Below are positions 55,711 through 64,000 of a DNA stretch of 64,000 bases, piece by piece. Position 1 is the first letter of the stretch, and each line of letters starts with the position of its first letter. The notes beneath the pieces were generated by a model, which was not told the DNA's origin, ran no database searches, and saw only the letters and a list, made by a program, of their open reading frames with translations. The stretch is from Nitrosopumilus sp. (GTDB lineage Archaea; Thermoproteota; Nitrososphaeria; Nitrososphaerales; Nitrosopumilaceae), in NCBI GenBank assembly GCA_965203315.1, contig CBDBCE010000004.1, forward strand, positions 103,366-167,365, given 5' to 3'. A program made the position numbers and the translations under genes.

Positions 55711-57117
55711 CACACTGAGCTTTGTACAATAGATGCACGGTCTCTGTGGGTTGTCATCATTAAACGGAATGACTCGGATATCTACTCCAGTCTCTTCCTT
55801 GATCTTTTCTTCACAGATATCGTTACCGCACCAAGGCGCGATGAGAAACCCGCCTTTTTTTACTTTTAATCTAAATTCATCATAATTTGTAACACGACTA
55901 GTGTTTTTCTCGGCTTGGTTCTCTGCGTTATGTAACATCTGCGTTTGAATCTCAGATAATATGGATGGAATCTTGTCTAGTTTTGTAAACTCGAGTGCAA
56001 ACTTTTGGTTATTATACCTAGTTGCAACAACAACACTGCTCTTTGCTATATCTTTGGGACCAATCTCTAGTCGAATGGGCACACCTTTCATCTCCCAGTC
56101 ATTAAATTTGAACCCTGGTGATAAACCATCACGTTCATCTATGTGAACACGTAGTCCCATACTTGCAAGTTTAAGCCTAATCTCCTCTGCCTTTGAGTGT
56201 ACATCTGCAGAGTCACCACGTGTTATCGGTACAATGACCACTTGAATTGGAGCAACTCTGGGCGGAAGAACCAGTCCCTGATCATCGCCATGTACCATTA
56301 TCATCGCACCTATGAGTCGCCATGACACTCCCCAAGATGTCTGCCATGCAAAGTGTTCTACATTGTCCTTGTCTGCAAACTTTACATCAAATGGTATAGA
56401 AAAGTTCTGACCTAGATGATGCGAAGTACCCATCTGTAACGCCTTACCATCGGGCAAGATTGCCTCTATCGTTGTTGTATATATTGAACCAACAAACTTT
56501 TCTTGTTCACTCTTTTTTCCTGGAATGACAGGTATTGCCAACTCTTCTTCAACGATACTCTTATAGATCATCAAGATCTTTAAGACCTCTTCTTCCGCTT
56601 CTGCTTGTGTTGCGTGTACGGTGTGACCCTCTTGCCACAAAAACTCTGATGTACGAAGAAAAGGTTTTGTTGCCTTGATCTCGGCGCGAAGAGCTGTGTT
56701 CCAAAAGTTGATCTTGAGTGGTAGATCGCGCCAACTTTGAATCCATTTAGAGTACAACGTATACGCAAGAGTCTCAGATGTTGGTCGGAGCGCAAGTCGA
56801 TCACCCATCTTGTTTGTACCTGAATGAGTCACCCAAAAGACTTCGGGATTGAACCCGGCAAAGTGTGTCTTCTCTTTGCTGAGAAGTGACTCTGGTATCA
56901 ATGTTGGTAGAAAACCGTTACGTATACCATTCTTTGCAAATCTGTAATCAAATGTATTACGTAGAGACTCCCATATCGAGTACCCATCAGGTCTTAAAAC
57001 TATCAATCCTTTGACTGGAGCATAATCGGCCAACTCTGCCTTGATTACTAGCTGTGTATACCACTCACTAAAATCGTCCTCTTTTGCAACCGTAATTCCG
57101 ACTTTCTCTTTATTCAA
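55681..57117 (-). CDS. proS: proline--tRNA ligase (archaeal type)
   Basis: 478 aa. FSEWYTQLVIKAELADYAPVKGLIVLRPDGYSIWE..., with the class II motifs and a C-terminal Zn-binding tail. TTG start in the track. Confidence 0.9.
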   Translation of the reverse strand: MNKEKVGITVAKEDDFSEWYTQLVIKAELADYAPVKGLIVLRPDGYSIWESLRNTFDYRFAKNGIRNGFLPTLIPESLLSKEKTHFAGFNPEVFWVTHSGTNKMGDRLALRPTSETLAYTLYSKWIQSWRDLPLKINFWNTALRAEIKATKPFLRTSEFLWQEGHTVHATQAEAEEEVLKILMIYKSIVEEELAIPVIPGKKSEQEKFVGSIYTTTIEAILPDGKALQMGTSHHLGQNFSIPFDVKFADKDNVEHFAWQTSWGVSWRLIGAMIMVHGDDQGLVLPPRVAPIQVVIVPITRGDSADVHSKAEEIRLKLASMGLRVHIDERDGLSPGFKFNDWEMKGVPIRLEIGPKDIAKSSVVVATRYNNQKFALEFTKLDKIPSILSEIQTQMLHNAENQAEKNTSRVTNYDEFRLKVKKGGFLIAPWCGNDICEEKIKEETGVDIRVIPFNDDNPQRPCIYCTKLSVSHPIFARGY

Positions 57118-57193
57118 ACTAACAAACTATTCACTTTTGTATTGGTTCTATAAACTTGATGCTCTTGATAAAAAAGGGAGTGATGATTTCGTA

Positions 57194-57670
57194 CTAGTCT
57201 TCTAATGTAGCACGTAACATCCAAGCTGTCTTTTCATGTTTCTCAAGTAGGCCGGTCATAAAGTCTTCTGTACCAACATCGCCATACTCGTCACCTATCT
57301 TTGGTATATCTGCTCTGATACTCTTGATGATCGTCTCGTGATCTGCAAGCAAATTCGCAGTCATCGTCTTTGCATCAGGATACGTACCTGGATGTTCCTT
57401 GAGGCGAGTCTTTCTCTGAAACTCATCTAGTGACGCATCTACTTTTACTCCTAGTGCTCTTATGCGCTCTGCAATGTCATCCATGTCTGTAGCCAATTCA
57501 TCATATTGTTCTTCAAAGACCTTGTGATAGTCGTTAAAATGTGGTCCTGTCACGTTCCAATGATACCTACGAGTCTTGGTGTACAGAACAAACTCGTCTG
57601 CAAGTAGATCTGTTAGGATTGCAGATATCTTTTCTCGATTTTGTTCATCGATACTTATGTCTGGTTTCAT
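57194..57670 (-). CDS. dps: Dps family DNA-protection/ferritin-like protein
   Basis: LADEFVLYTKTRRYHWNVTGPHFNDYHKVFEEQYDELATDMDDIAERIRALG. Confidence 0.85.
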   Translation of the reverse strand: MKPDISIDEQNREKISAILTDLLADEFVLYTKTRRYHWNVTGPHFNDYHKVFEEQYDELATDMDDIAERIRALGVKVDASLDEFQRKTRLKEHPGTYPDAKTMTANLLADHETIIKSIRADIPKIGDEYGDVGTEDFMTGLLEKHEKTAWMLRATLED

Positions 57671-57786
57671 AATCTAATTAGGATTGATTATTATTTAAAT
57701 GTTATTATTATTTAGTAATAATTATTTTATGAGTGTGATTTCTATATGATACTAAATATTAAATACCCGTGATCTTTACCATATGT
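57671..57786. promoter_or_regulatory. divergent dps/fur promoter region with AT-rich direct and inverted repeats
   Basis: TTATTATTTAAATGTTATTATTATTTAGTAATAATTATTTTA. The position between a Fur-family gene and dps suggests an operator. Confidence 0.3.
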
Positions 57787-58209
57787 ATGGGCATGGATAA
57801 TGCCATATCGGCTCTCAAAAAAGAAGGCTTTAGGATAACGCCTCAGAGGATAGCAATTGTAGACTGCATTCTCAAGACCACCGAACATCCAACTGCTGAA
57901 CGAATTCACAAGATTGTTAGACGTAAACACCCTATGGTTAGCCTCTCCACGATATACAAGACACTCGATCTATTGAAGGATAGACATCTAGTAAACGAGC
58001 TAGAAGTGGGTGGCGAAACAAGATTTGATGCACATACGGACGAACATATCAATCTGATCTGTATGAACTGTTCCAAGATTGAAGATGTTGACGACGACTC
58101 TCTAAAAGAGATTCGGCAAAGAGTGACTGAGAGATCACGTTATCATATTGTACGGGGCAACATCGAACTATTTGGATACTGTAACAATTGTAAATCTAAA
58201 TTCACATGA
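57787..58209 (+). CDS. Fur family transcriptional regulator (Fur/PerR-like)
   Basis: LKKEGFRITPQRIAIVDCILKTTEHPTAERIHKIV...LSTIYKTLDLL...CMNC...CNNC. The Met at 57787 or 57793 is preferred over the track GTG at 57769. Confidence 0.8.
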   Translation: MGMDNAISALKKEGFRITPQRIAIVDCILKTTEHPTAERIHKIVRRKHPMVSLSTIYKTLDLLKDRHLVNELEVGGETRFDAHTDEHINLICMNCSKIEDVDDDSLKEIRQRVTERSRYHIVRGNIELFGYCNNCKSKFT

Positions 58210-58320
58210 TCTCTGCTTCATACTCTGATATCACAAACATTACTCAAACTAATGATCTTGTTCATTTGTGATATATTCTATTCAATAACGATGTGACTCT
58301 CATCTGGCAATCGTTCATGT

Positions 58321-58462
58321 AGACTGTATACGTATTTCTTTTACCTCGTACAAATTGAGGTACAATGAAACACACCTGTGTGATTTCTAAAGGCAAATTG
58401 GTTTATTGTTGTCATGTTTTATGATTGGGCATAGAACACTCTCAACAATACGCATACAGTCT
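58321..58462 (-). mobile_element. MITE-B copy 7
   Basis: AGACTGTATACGTATTTCTTTTACC...GGCAAATTGGTTT...CAACAATACGCATACAGTCT. Confidence 0.85.
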
Positions 58463-58547
58463 CTGTGTATCATTCTACAATAACCTAACGCTGTCTTGTG
58501 GATCTAGTACTATTTGTACATCTGTAAATAGATCCATAACCATTGTC

Positions 58548-58877
58548 TCACGCGTCTTGATTTTCATCCCTACTTGTGTTTTGTAGAGCAAGTAAGATCG
58601 AGTTTATCTTTGACATGATATCTTGTTGTCTTTTGGGGTCTGTCTCCTCTTTAAGATCATTAGAGAGTGCGACAAGTTGCTCTCTCAAAACATCATCCGT
58701 CTGTGGTTCAACATTCTCTTGAATCTTACGCTCTTCAGGCTCTCTACCACAACATATGCACAAAGCATTGCCATCTTTCATGACTCTAACGCCTTGGCAA
58801 TATGGACAAGGTTGGCTTAGTAGTGTTGCACCATTTAAGAGCAGCTTTGCAGCACGTTTTATTAGATTATCCGACAT
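58548..58877 (-). CDS. UPF0148 / autoantigen-p27-like zinc-ribbon protein
   Basis: AAKLLLNGATLLSQPCPYCQGVRVMKDGNALCICCG followed by an acidic helical tail. Confidence 0.7.
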   Translation of the reverse strand: MSDNLIKRAAKLLLNGATLLSQPCPYCQGVRVMKDGNALCICCGREPEERKIQENVEPQTDDVLREQLVALSNDLKEETDPKRQQDIMSKINSILLALQNTSRDENQDA

Positions 58878-58900
58878 CTCTTGTTATTGGATATGTCTTG

Positions 58901-58943
58901 CTAAAAAATCCCGCTGTTGTAGGTTCTGTGAAGTTATAGGGAC
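58901..58943 (+). repeat. left arm of an inverted repeat of about 45 bp (19-bp perfect core at 58925-58943)
   Basis: CTAAAAAATCCCGCTGTTGTAGGTTCTGTGAAGTTATAGGGAC. The core TCTGTGAAGTTATAGGGAC is the exact reverse complement of 59787-59805. Confidence 0.85.
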
Positions 58944-59023
58944 ATGAAAATTTAAGCGTGAAATCTCAAGATCATCATCTCATGTAAAATAAATTAAAAT
59001 ACCAGTCTATTTGATACAAAAAA

Positions 59024-59275
59024 TTAGGTTTGGTAAAAGTTTATAAAATATGGCTTGCCGTTTCTTATTTCAAAAATTATGCACAAATGATTTGTAAATT
59101 CGAGTTTATGATGACGCTGTTGTGGACATGTTTCACAATCAGTTAAAGACAGTAAGTCATCTCTACCGTACATCCATTCAGCACAATAGAGAATTGTTTC
59201 TTTGACATCCTGATTTTGAGCATATTCAAGCTTACTCTTAAAACGTCTGGTGCAATAATCATGTATATTCCACAT
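59024..59275 (-). CDS. hypothetical protein (83 aa) inside the IR-bounded insert
   Basis: Track ORF. Cys/His-containing (CTRRF...CAEW...CETCPQQRHH). No family recognised. Confidence 0.4.
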   Translation of the reverse strand: MWNIHDYCTRRFKSKLEYAQNQDVKETILYCAEWMYGRDDLLSLTDCETCPQQRHHKLEFTNHLCIIFEIRNGKPYFINFYQT

Positions 59276-59295
59276 CTAACATTCACCAAAAAAAA

Positions 59296-59415
59296 TTAAT
59301 TGGATGTGCTTTTTTCTAAGCCTACTTGTTTATCCATTTCAAACTGGACAACTATTTCCGCATCCCTGTCAGTCCAAGTGGTCTTGACTGTTTTGGGCTC
59401 TTGTGTTCGATCCAT
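59296..59415 (-). CDS. small acidic ORF (39 aa) upstream of the 83-aa ORF, speculative
   Basis: Hand-translated: MDRTQEPKTVKTTWTDRDAEIVVQFEMDKQVGLEKSTSN. Its stop is 20 nt before the next ATG. Confidence 0.25.
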   Translation of the reverse strand: MDRTQEPKTVKTTWTDRDAEIVVQFEMDKQVGLEKSTSN

Positions 59416-59786
59416 ATATAATATAACATAGTTCTATATATTAAAGATTCCTATGATATCGCCGATACAGATAATGGTACCAAACTACATTAGCACCAAA
59501 ATGGCATATGCTCGAGTCAATTGTTGATGATCTACGTCTATTCAAAGATGAGCCCCCTAGATAGACGATCTAGATTGATTCAGAACAGTTGACATTTCAT
59601 ATTGAGGTTTGTAGCGAAATTAATAACTTGTAATATTGTACAATCATGTTTTCTAAAGGTAAATTTTAAACAATTTTATACATTTTATTTATTTGCATAA
59701 TAAACATATCAATATGAATAATGTCAAGTATACAAGATTATGCATTCAATATTGTAATTTGCGATCTTTCGTGGCTATGTTCTCAG

Positions 59787-59830
59787 GTCCCTATAACTTC
59801 ACAGAGCCCTGCTGTATGGATATTTTTCTG
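59787..59830 (-). repeat. right arm of the inverted repeat
   Basis: Its reverse complement reads CAGAAAAATATCCATACAGCAGGGCTCTGTGAAGTTATAGGGAC. Confidence 0.85.
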
Positions 59831-59967
59831 TTCTAGAACATGTACACTTCACAAAATATTTCATCAATGTGTCTAGAGTATGAAAGTTATCACATGATCT
59901 ATGCTGTGTTGTCTGAGACAACCCTTTATTCTAAAGACACAAATGAATCATAAAATGGATCAAATTT

Positions 59968-60059
59968 GGACCGGTCGTCTAGTTTGGTTTGGATGACGCA
60001 CTCACACTGCGTAAGGATGATTCCCGCAAAGGTCGTGGGTTCAAATCCCATCCGGTCCA
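59968..60059 (+). tRNA. tRNA-Val (anticodon CAC) with a putative 17-nt non-canonical intron at the anticodon-stem/variable-loop junction
   Basis: Hand fold: acceptor GGACCGG/CCGGTCC plus discriminator A, and D arm GTCT-AGTTTGGTTT-GGAT. The anticodon arm is ACGCA-CTCACAC-TGCGT (U33, CAC, A37). An extra 17 nt (AAGGATGATTCCCGCAA) follows, then variable AGGTC and T arm GTGGG-TTCAAAT-CCCAT. No encoded CCA. Confidence 0.7.
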
Positions 60060-60186
60060 TTACATAAAATCGGATCTTGTGGTTATTGCGAGATTGACTT
60101 TTGCATTGTGCTATCATAAATTACAACTGTAATTCAAATGATGGTGAGAGGTTCCACCATAATTGATCTATGAATGAATTATCTGC

Positions 60187-60336
60187 CTATCGCCTTGTCA
60201 TTGGCTCTTCGTCAGGTCCATCATTGAACTCACGAATTATGCGTGGGAACATCACTCTTTTTGCGTTATTTGTGATTCGCTTCATGTATGAATCAACATC
60301 TTTGATTCTATTATAGAACAAGGCAATAGTATGCAT
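60187..60336 (-). CDS. small ORF (49 aa), speculative
   Basis: Hand-translated: MHTIALFYNRIKDVDSYMKRITNNAKRVMFPRIIREFNDGPDEEPMTRR. Confidence 0.2.
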   Translation of the reverse strand: MHTIALFYNRIKDVDSYMKRITNNAKRVMFPRIIREFNDGPDEEPMTRR

Positions 60337-60432
60337 ATCGTGAATACTATAGCTACTTTGTATAATATTGATTGGAAAGCGAAATAGCCCTATATGATCT
60401 AATTAAAATGCAACTGAATCTAACCTTGTTAT

Positions 60433-60564
60433 GTGAAGGCTAGATTTAACGGCAAATGTGTGGAGTGTGGTGAAGCGATCAAAGTTGGAAAAGAGATCGC
60501 TAAAAATTCTAAAGAACAATGGGTACACAAAGCTTGTTCTGATATTGAAGATGAACTACCATGA
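60433..60564 (+). CDS. small CxxC ORF (43 aa), speculative
   Basis: Hand-translated from a GTG: VKARFNGKCVECGEAIKVGKEIAKNSKEQWVHKACSDIEDELP. Lies just upstream of purD. Confidence 0.3.
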   Translation: MKARFNGKCVECGEAIKVGKEIAKNSKEQWVHKACSDIEDELP

Positions 60565-60636
60565 TCGCATAAAGTGTACGATTTTCGATCATTTGATCTT
60601 GTAAATATTTTTAATGTGACTAGATCGACACTCGAC

Positions 60637-61971
60637 ATGATGGAAAAGTTTCTGATCGTTGGAAGTGGAGGCCGTGAGAGTGCATTTGCAATACATTTGG
60701 TTAGAGACGCACAACTATATGCTGTAATGTCTCACAAAAATCCATCGATCATAGATTGTGTGTTGGAGACTGGAGGACAATACATAGTATCTGATCCAAA
60801 CGATCCCGAGACTGTTTTGACGTTTGCAAAAGAGTTTGATGTAGATTATGTATTTGTGAATGCAGATCAACCTCTAGCCAACGGTGTAGTAGATCTCTTG
60901 TTGGATAATAATTTTAAAACTATTGGAGGAACAAAGGCTGCAACCAGAATCGAGTGGGACAAGATATACTCTATCGAACTGATGCAACGCATATGCCCAG
61001 AGTTTACGCCGTTTTACAAGATCGTATCTAGTCGTGATGATCTGACTGATGCATTATATGAGTTTGAATCAAGAGGAATACCCGTTGTTGTAAAACCGCA
61101 AGGACTTACAGGTGGCAAGGGTGTTAAGGTTATGCCTGAGCATCTAGAGACATATGATGACTGTAAAGACTATGCTGCAAAACTATTGGCAAGTGATGGT
61201 AAAGTCTTGTTAGTTGAAAAGTTGAACGGTATCGAGTTTACCATTATGGGAATCACTGATGGTCAAAGTCTAGTGTTATCTCCTGCAAGTTATGATTATC
61301 CATTTCGATATGATGGTGATCTCGGACCAGGAACTGGAGGAATGGGCTGTTTCACTAGTCCAAAGATACTGCCGTTTATGACTGATAGAGATCTTGTTGA
61401 TTGTAAAACAATAATGCAACGAGTGATTGACGAGCTGAGAGATCAAGGTCTATTATTCAATGGCGTACTCAATGGTGGATTCTTTAAGACAAGACAGGGT
61501 ATACGATTCATGGAGTTCAACAGTCGCTTTGGTGATCCAGAGGTTTTGAACATTCTAAGTGTCTTGAACAGTTCTTTCTCTGATCTACTGATCCATATCT
61601 GTAATCAAACACTATCTGATGACATTGTATCATTTACAGAAAAGTCTAGCGTTAGCAAGTATCTGGTAGCCACAGAATATCCTTCTTCTAGTGAAGAGCC
61701 ACTGTCATTTACTGTAAACGAAACTGCAATCAAAGCGATGGGAATAGAGATACTCTTTGCATCGTGTATAAAGACTGGTGACCATCAATATCAGACTCTC
61801 AAGAGCTCTCGTGTTGTTGGGCTTGTTGCCACTGCCGACAAGATCGAAGAGGCATCTAGACTGATCAACGATGCGATCGACTCTCATATTGTTGGTAAAT
61901 TGGAGTACCGTAGAGATATTGGTTCATCTGAGAATATTGCAAAACTGCTAGATGTGGCCAGAGATCTCTGA
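60637..61971 (+). CDS. purD: phosphoribosylamine--glycine ligase
   Basis: MMEKFLIVGSGGRESAFAIHL..., with an ATP-grasp core. The Met at 60637 is preferred over the track start at 60574. Confidence 0.85.
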   Translation: MMEKFLIVGSGGRESAFAIHLVRDAQLYAVMSHKNPSIIDCVLETGGQYIVSDPNDPETVLTFAKEFDVDYVFVNADQPLANGVVDLLLDNNFKTIGGTKAATRIEWDKIYSIELMQRICPEFTPFYKIVSSRDDLTDALYEFESRGIPVVVKPQGLTGGKGVKVMPEHLETYDDCKDYAAKLLASDGKVLLVEKLNGIEFTIMGITDGQSLVLSPASYDYPFRYDGDLGPGTGGMGCFTSPKILPFMTDRDLVDCKTIMQRVIDELRDQGLLFNGVLNGGFFKTRQGIRFMEFNSRFGDPEVLNILSVLNSSFSDLLIHICNQTLSDDIVSFTEKSSVSKYLVATEYPSSSEEPLSFTVNETAIKAMGIEILFASCIKTGDHQYQTLKSSRVVGLVATADKIEEASRLINDAIDSHIVGKLEYRRDIGSSENIAKLLDVARDL

Positions 61972-62182
61972 TCTCATCTGTATCGCATACTGTACGGTAC
62001 GTGCTTTCTGTACAGTCGATACAGTACAGATACAGTACAGATTCATATCATATCAAATGTTATAACGATCCAACATCTTGCGTATTGTCAGACAGTATTG
62101 TCAGCTAGTTCTGGTGAACCAAAATGAGAGTCTAATATGAAACATTCATGCGTAAATTTTTTAAGTTAATCGTATTCATGTA

Positions 62183-62611
62183 ATGTTGTTGAAGACAAAA
62201 ACTCTCATTATGACTATCGCAGCAGTGATGATGATCGCAGCAGTTGTACCTCAAATCGCATCTGCTCAAGACCAATCAAACGCAGTGACAATAACTCCAT
62301 TAAATGATGAGATCAGCATCAAAGAGATCGAACTGACGATGAGTGTCCCTGTCGATAATACATTTCCTTGGGGTACAGTTAAAGGTGGACCATCCGAGTA
62401 CGTGGAACGTTATCCAATAATCATACAGTTCTATAAAGATGAAGAGCCTGTACATGTTGCGCAGGTTGGCGTAAAAGGAGACGGTTCTTACGAGTATCGA
62501 TTTCGAGCTGGGATGCTAGATTCTGAAACAGGCAAGTTTGTGAACTTTTTTAGTGGTGACTATACAGTAAAGATATTTCGTGTAGTTCCAAATACTACTC
62601 AAACTGTCTAA
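62183..62611 (+). CDS. small secreted protein (142 aa)
   Basis: Signal peptide ...MTIAAVMMIAAVVPQIASAQ. No family recognised. Confidence 0.55.
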   Translation: MLLKTKTLIMTIAAVMMIAAVVPQIASAQDQSNAVTITPLNDEISIKEIELTMSVPVDNTFPWGTVKGGPSEYVERYPIIIQFYKDEEPVHVAQVGVKGDGSYEYRFRAGMLDSETGKFVNFFSGDYTVKIFRVVPNTTQTV

Positions 62612-62686
62612 TTTTTTTAACTATTATACAACGTGATACAATATCTACTCCGCTGAACTCTTATATCGAATATTCTGCATCGTTGT

Positions 62687-63226
62687 ATGAGTAAGAACTT
62701 TTGGCATGACATTGAATCTGGAACAGATGTACCAGAGATAATCAACGTTATAGTTGAGATACCAAAAGGTTCTATGAACAAATACGAGTACGACAAGACG
62801 CACAACATGATAAAACTAGATCGTGTCCTTTTTTCTCCATTTCATTACCCTGGTGACTATGGAATAGTTCCACAAACACTCTCTGAGGACGGTGATCCTC
62901 TAGACGCTCTAGTGCTAGTTACAAATCCAACATATCCTGGAATATTGATAGAGGCGAGACCAATAGGTCTGTTGCAGATGCGTGATGACGGTAAATTGGA
63001 TGATAAGATAGTATGTGTTTCAATAAATGACCCTAGATATCTACACACAAATGATATCTCTGACATTGAAGATCACTATCGTTCTGAGACTGCCCACTTT
63101 TTTCAAGTGTATAAAGATCTGGAGGGGAAGAAAGTTGATATCTTGGGCTGGAAGTCTGCTAAAGAAGCAAAACTAGTTGTGATCGAGTCGATAAAGCGCT
63201 ACAAGAACACGTTAAAAAAATTCTAG
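62687..63226 (+). CDS. ppa: inorganic pyrophosphatase (family I)
   Basis: NVIVEIPKGSMNKYEYDK...YPGDYGIVPQTLSEDGDPLDALVL. Confidence 0.9.
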   Translation: MSKNFWHDIESGTDVPEIINVIVEIPKGSMNKYEYDKTHNMIKLDRVLFSPFHYPGDYGIVPQTLSEDGDPLDALVLVTNPTYPGILIEARPIGLLQMRDDGKLDDKIVCVSINDPRYLHTNDISDIEDHYRSETAHFFQVYKDLEGKKVDILGWKSAKEAKLVVIESIKRYKNTLKKF

Positions 63227-63430
63227 TATTGCAACCATGTATAATCCAGCGTTTGAGTTCTGTAAAAATCAAGTAGCATGATGTATTGATCTATGATTTG
63301 GATTAAAGTATGTGTAGATGTAACTTCTACATTTGAGTATTAGCTGTTTACTGCCTGTTAATTCATCAATAGTTCATCGTCATGGTCAAGTTCCAATTGA
63401 TTTTTTAATGGTCATATTACACACTATCTT

Positions 63431-64000
63431 ATGTATAAATCAGGACCGTGGAGTCTAGATGAGATTACTATTGATCCTAACAGTGATGAATTTCAACAAA
63501 AGATTAAAGACATGCAACGAGACGTATCTAAATTTAAAAAGACTACACTATCATCAAATATCTCATCAAAAAAGTTCGTCAAAATATTAAATGATATAGA
63601 AAATATCTCGTCTCAGAGAAGCAAGCTAGTCGGTTATGCACATTTGTCACATGCTGCCAATACCCAGTCTGATGAAGCGACAACACTGTTGACTCGAATG
63701 TCTGTCTTAAACTCTGAGATTGCAAATCAGACGCTGTTCTTTGATTTGTGGTGGAAGCGTCTTGATAAACGAAACGCGAATCGTCTCACAAAGAGTGCTG
63801 GTAATCTGCAAGAGTATCTTAAACACAAACGAATGATCGCAAAGTACACTCTAAGTGAACCAGAAGAAAAGATAATCAACACTTTGGATGTGACTGGAGC
63901 ATCTGCCCTCGTAAAATTGTATGACAAGATAACCAACGTCTTTGAGTACCAAATGAAGATAAAATCCAAGATTCGAAAGATGACTCGAGAAGAACTAACA
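63431..64000 (+). CDS. pepF: oligoendopeptidase F (M3B family), N-terminal part; runs off the right edge
   Basis: The frame is open from the ATG at 63431 to the window end. WSLDEI...FQQKIKDMQRDVSKF...LVGYAHLSHAANTQSDEA...LFFDLWW resembles the PepF N-terminal helical domain. Confidence 0.55.
   Translation, partial: MYKSGPWSLDEITIDPNSDEFQQKIKDMQRDVSKFKKTTLSSNISSKKFVKILNDIENISSQRSKLVGYAHLSHAANTQSDEATTLLTRMSVLNSEIANQTLFFDLWWKRLDKRNANRLTKSAGNLQEYLKHKRMIAKYTLSEPEEKIINTLDVTGASALVKLYDKITNVFEYQMKIKSKIRKMTREELT

Noticed and set aside
5136-58462. Possibility that the recurrent 115-140 bp repeats are a CRISPR array or arrays
   Set aside because: The repeats are far longer than CRISPR repeats, are irregularly spaced over tens of kb, have terminal inverted repeats and occur in both orientations (MITE-B). 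No cas genes are present.
60003-60024. Reading the extra nucleotides of the tRNA as a class II long variable arm
   Set aside because: The anticodon CAC (Val) belongs to a class I tRNA. The extra segment forms at best a 3-bp stem. An intron is the more economical explanation, pending software and RNA confirmation.
59926-60117. 63-aa minus-strand ORF (…MGFEPTTFAG…)
   Set aside because: It is the antisense translation of the tRNA-Val gene. GFEPTT is the usual shadow of a T-arm.
62009-62040. Short tandem ATACAGTACAG repeats and CTGTACAG palindromes after purD
   Set aside because: This is a low-complexity stretch of about 30 nt in a 3' intergenic region. It may contribute to termination, but nothing further can be supported.

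Overview
AT-rich archaeal chromosome segment. It is best explained as an ammonia-oxidising thaumarchaeon (Nitrosopumilales-like). Supporting genes: cdvA, the bifunctional FBP aldolase/phosphatase, an EF-1alpha/S10/RpoP cluster, tRNA-splicing endonuclease, ATP-dependent DNA ligase, SMC, 3-hydroxybutyryl-CoA dehydrogenase of the HP/HB cycle, archaeal ProRS, and one tRNA gene with an apparent non-canonical intron. Conserved housekeeping blocks are interrupted by six even more AT-rich accessory patches, at about 4.9-8.3, 19.2-21.6, 34.8-40.4, 45.0-48.7, 51.6-53.2 and 58.2-60.0 kb. These patches are saturated with two short TIR-bounded repeat families, here called MITE-A (7 copies, all in one orientation) and MITE-B (7 copies), and with decayed rve/DDE transposase genes. 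They also carry cargo: a solitary N6-adenine methyltransferase, a HicB/HicA-like pair flanked by inverted MITE-B copies, a divergent PIN nuclease / Csa3(CARF)-like wHTH regulator pair, several secreted proteins of unknown function, and an egtD/egtB (ergothioneine) module. Other points worth follow-up: (1) a stand-alone two-SDR-domain protein that resembles one half of the Chloroflexus bifunctional malonyl-CoA reductase and is co-transcribed with a hotdog-fold protein; (2) two long poly-G tracts sitting on promoter-like TATA elements; (3) an inverted-repeat-bounded AT-rich insert next to the tRNA; (4) several genes under 60 aa that the ORF track misses, including Sec61beta. No CRISPR array, rRNA or clear prophage was seen. 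All functional calls come from motif recognition by eye, and no database search was run.
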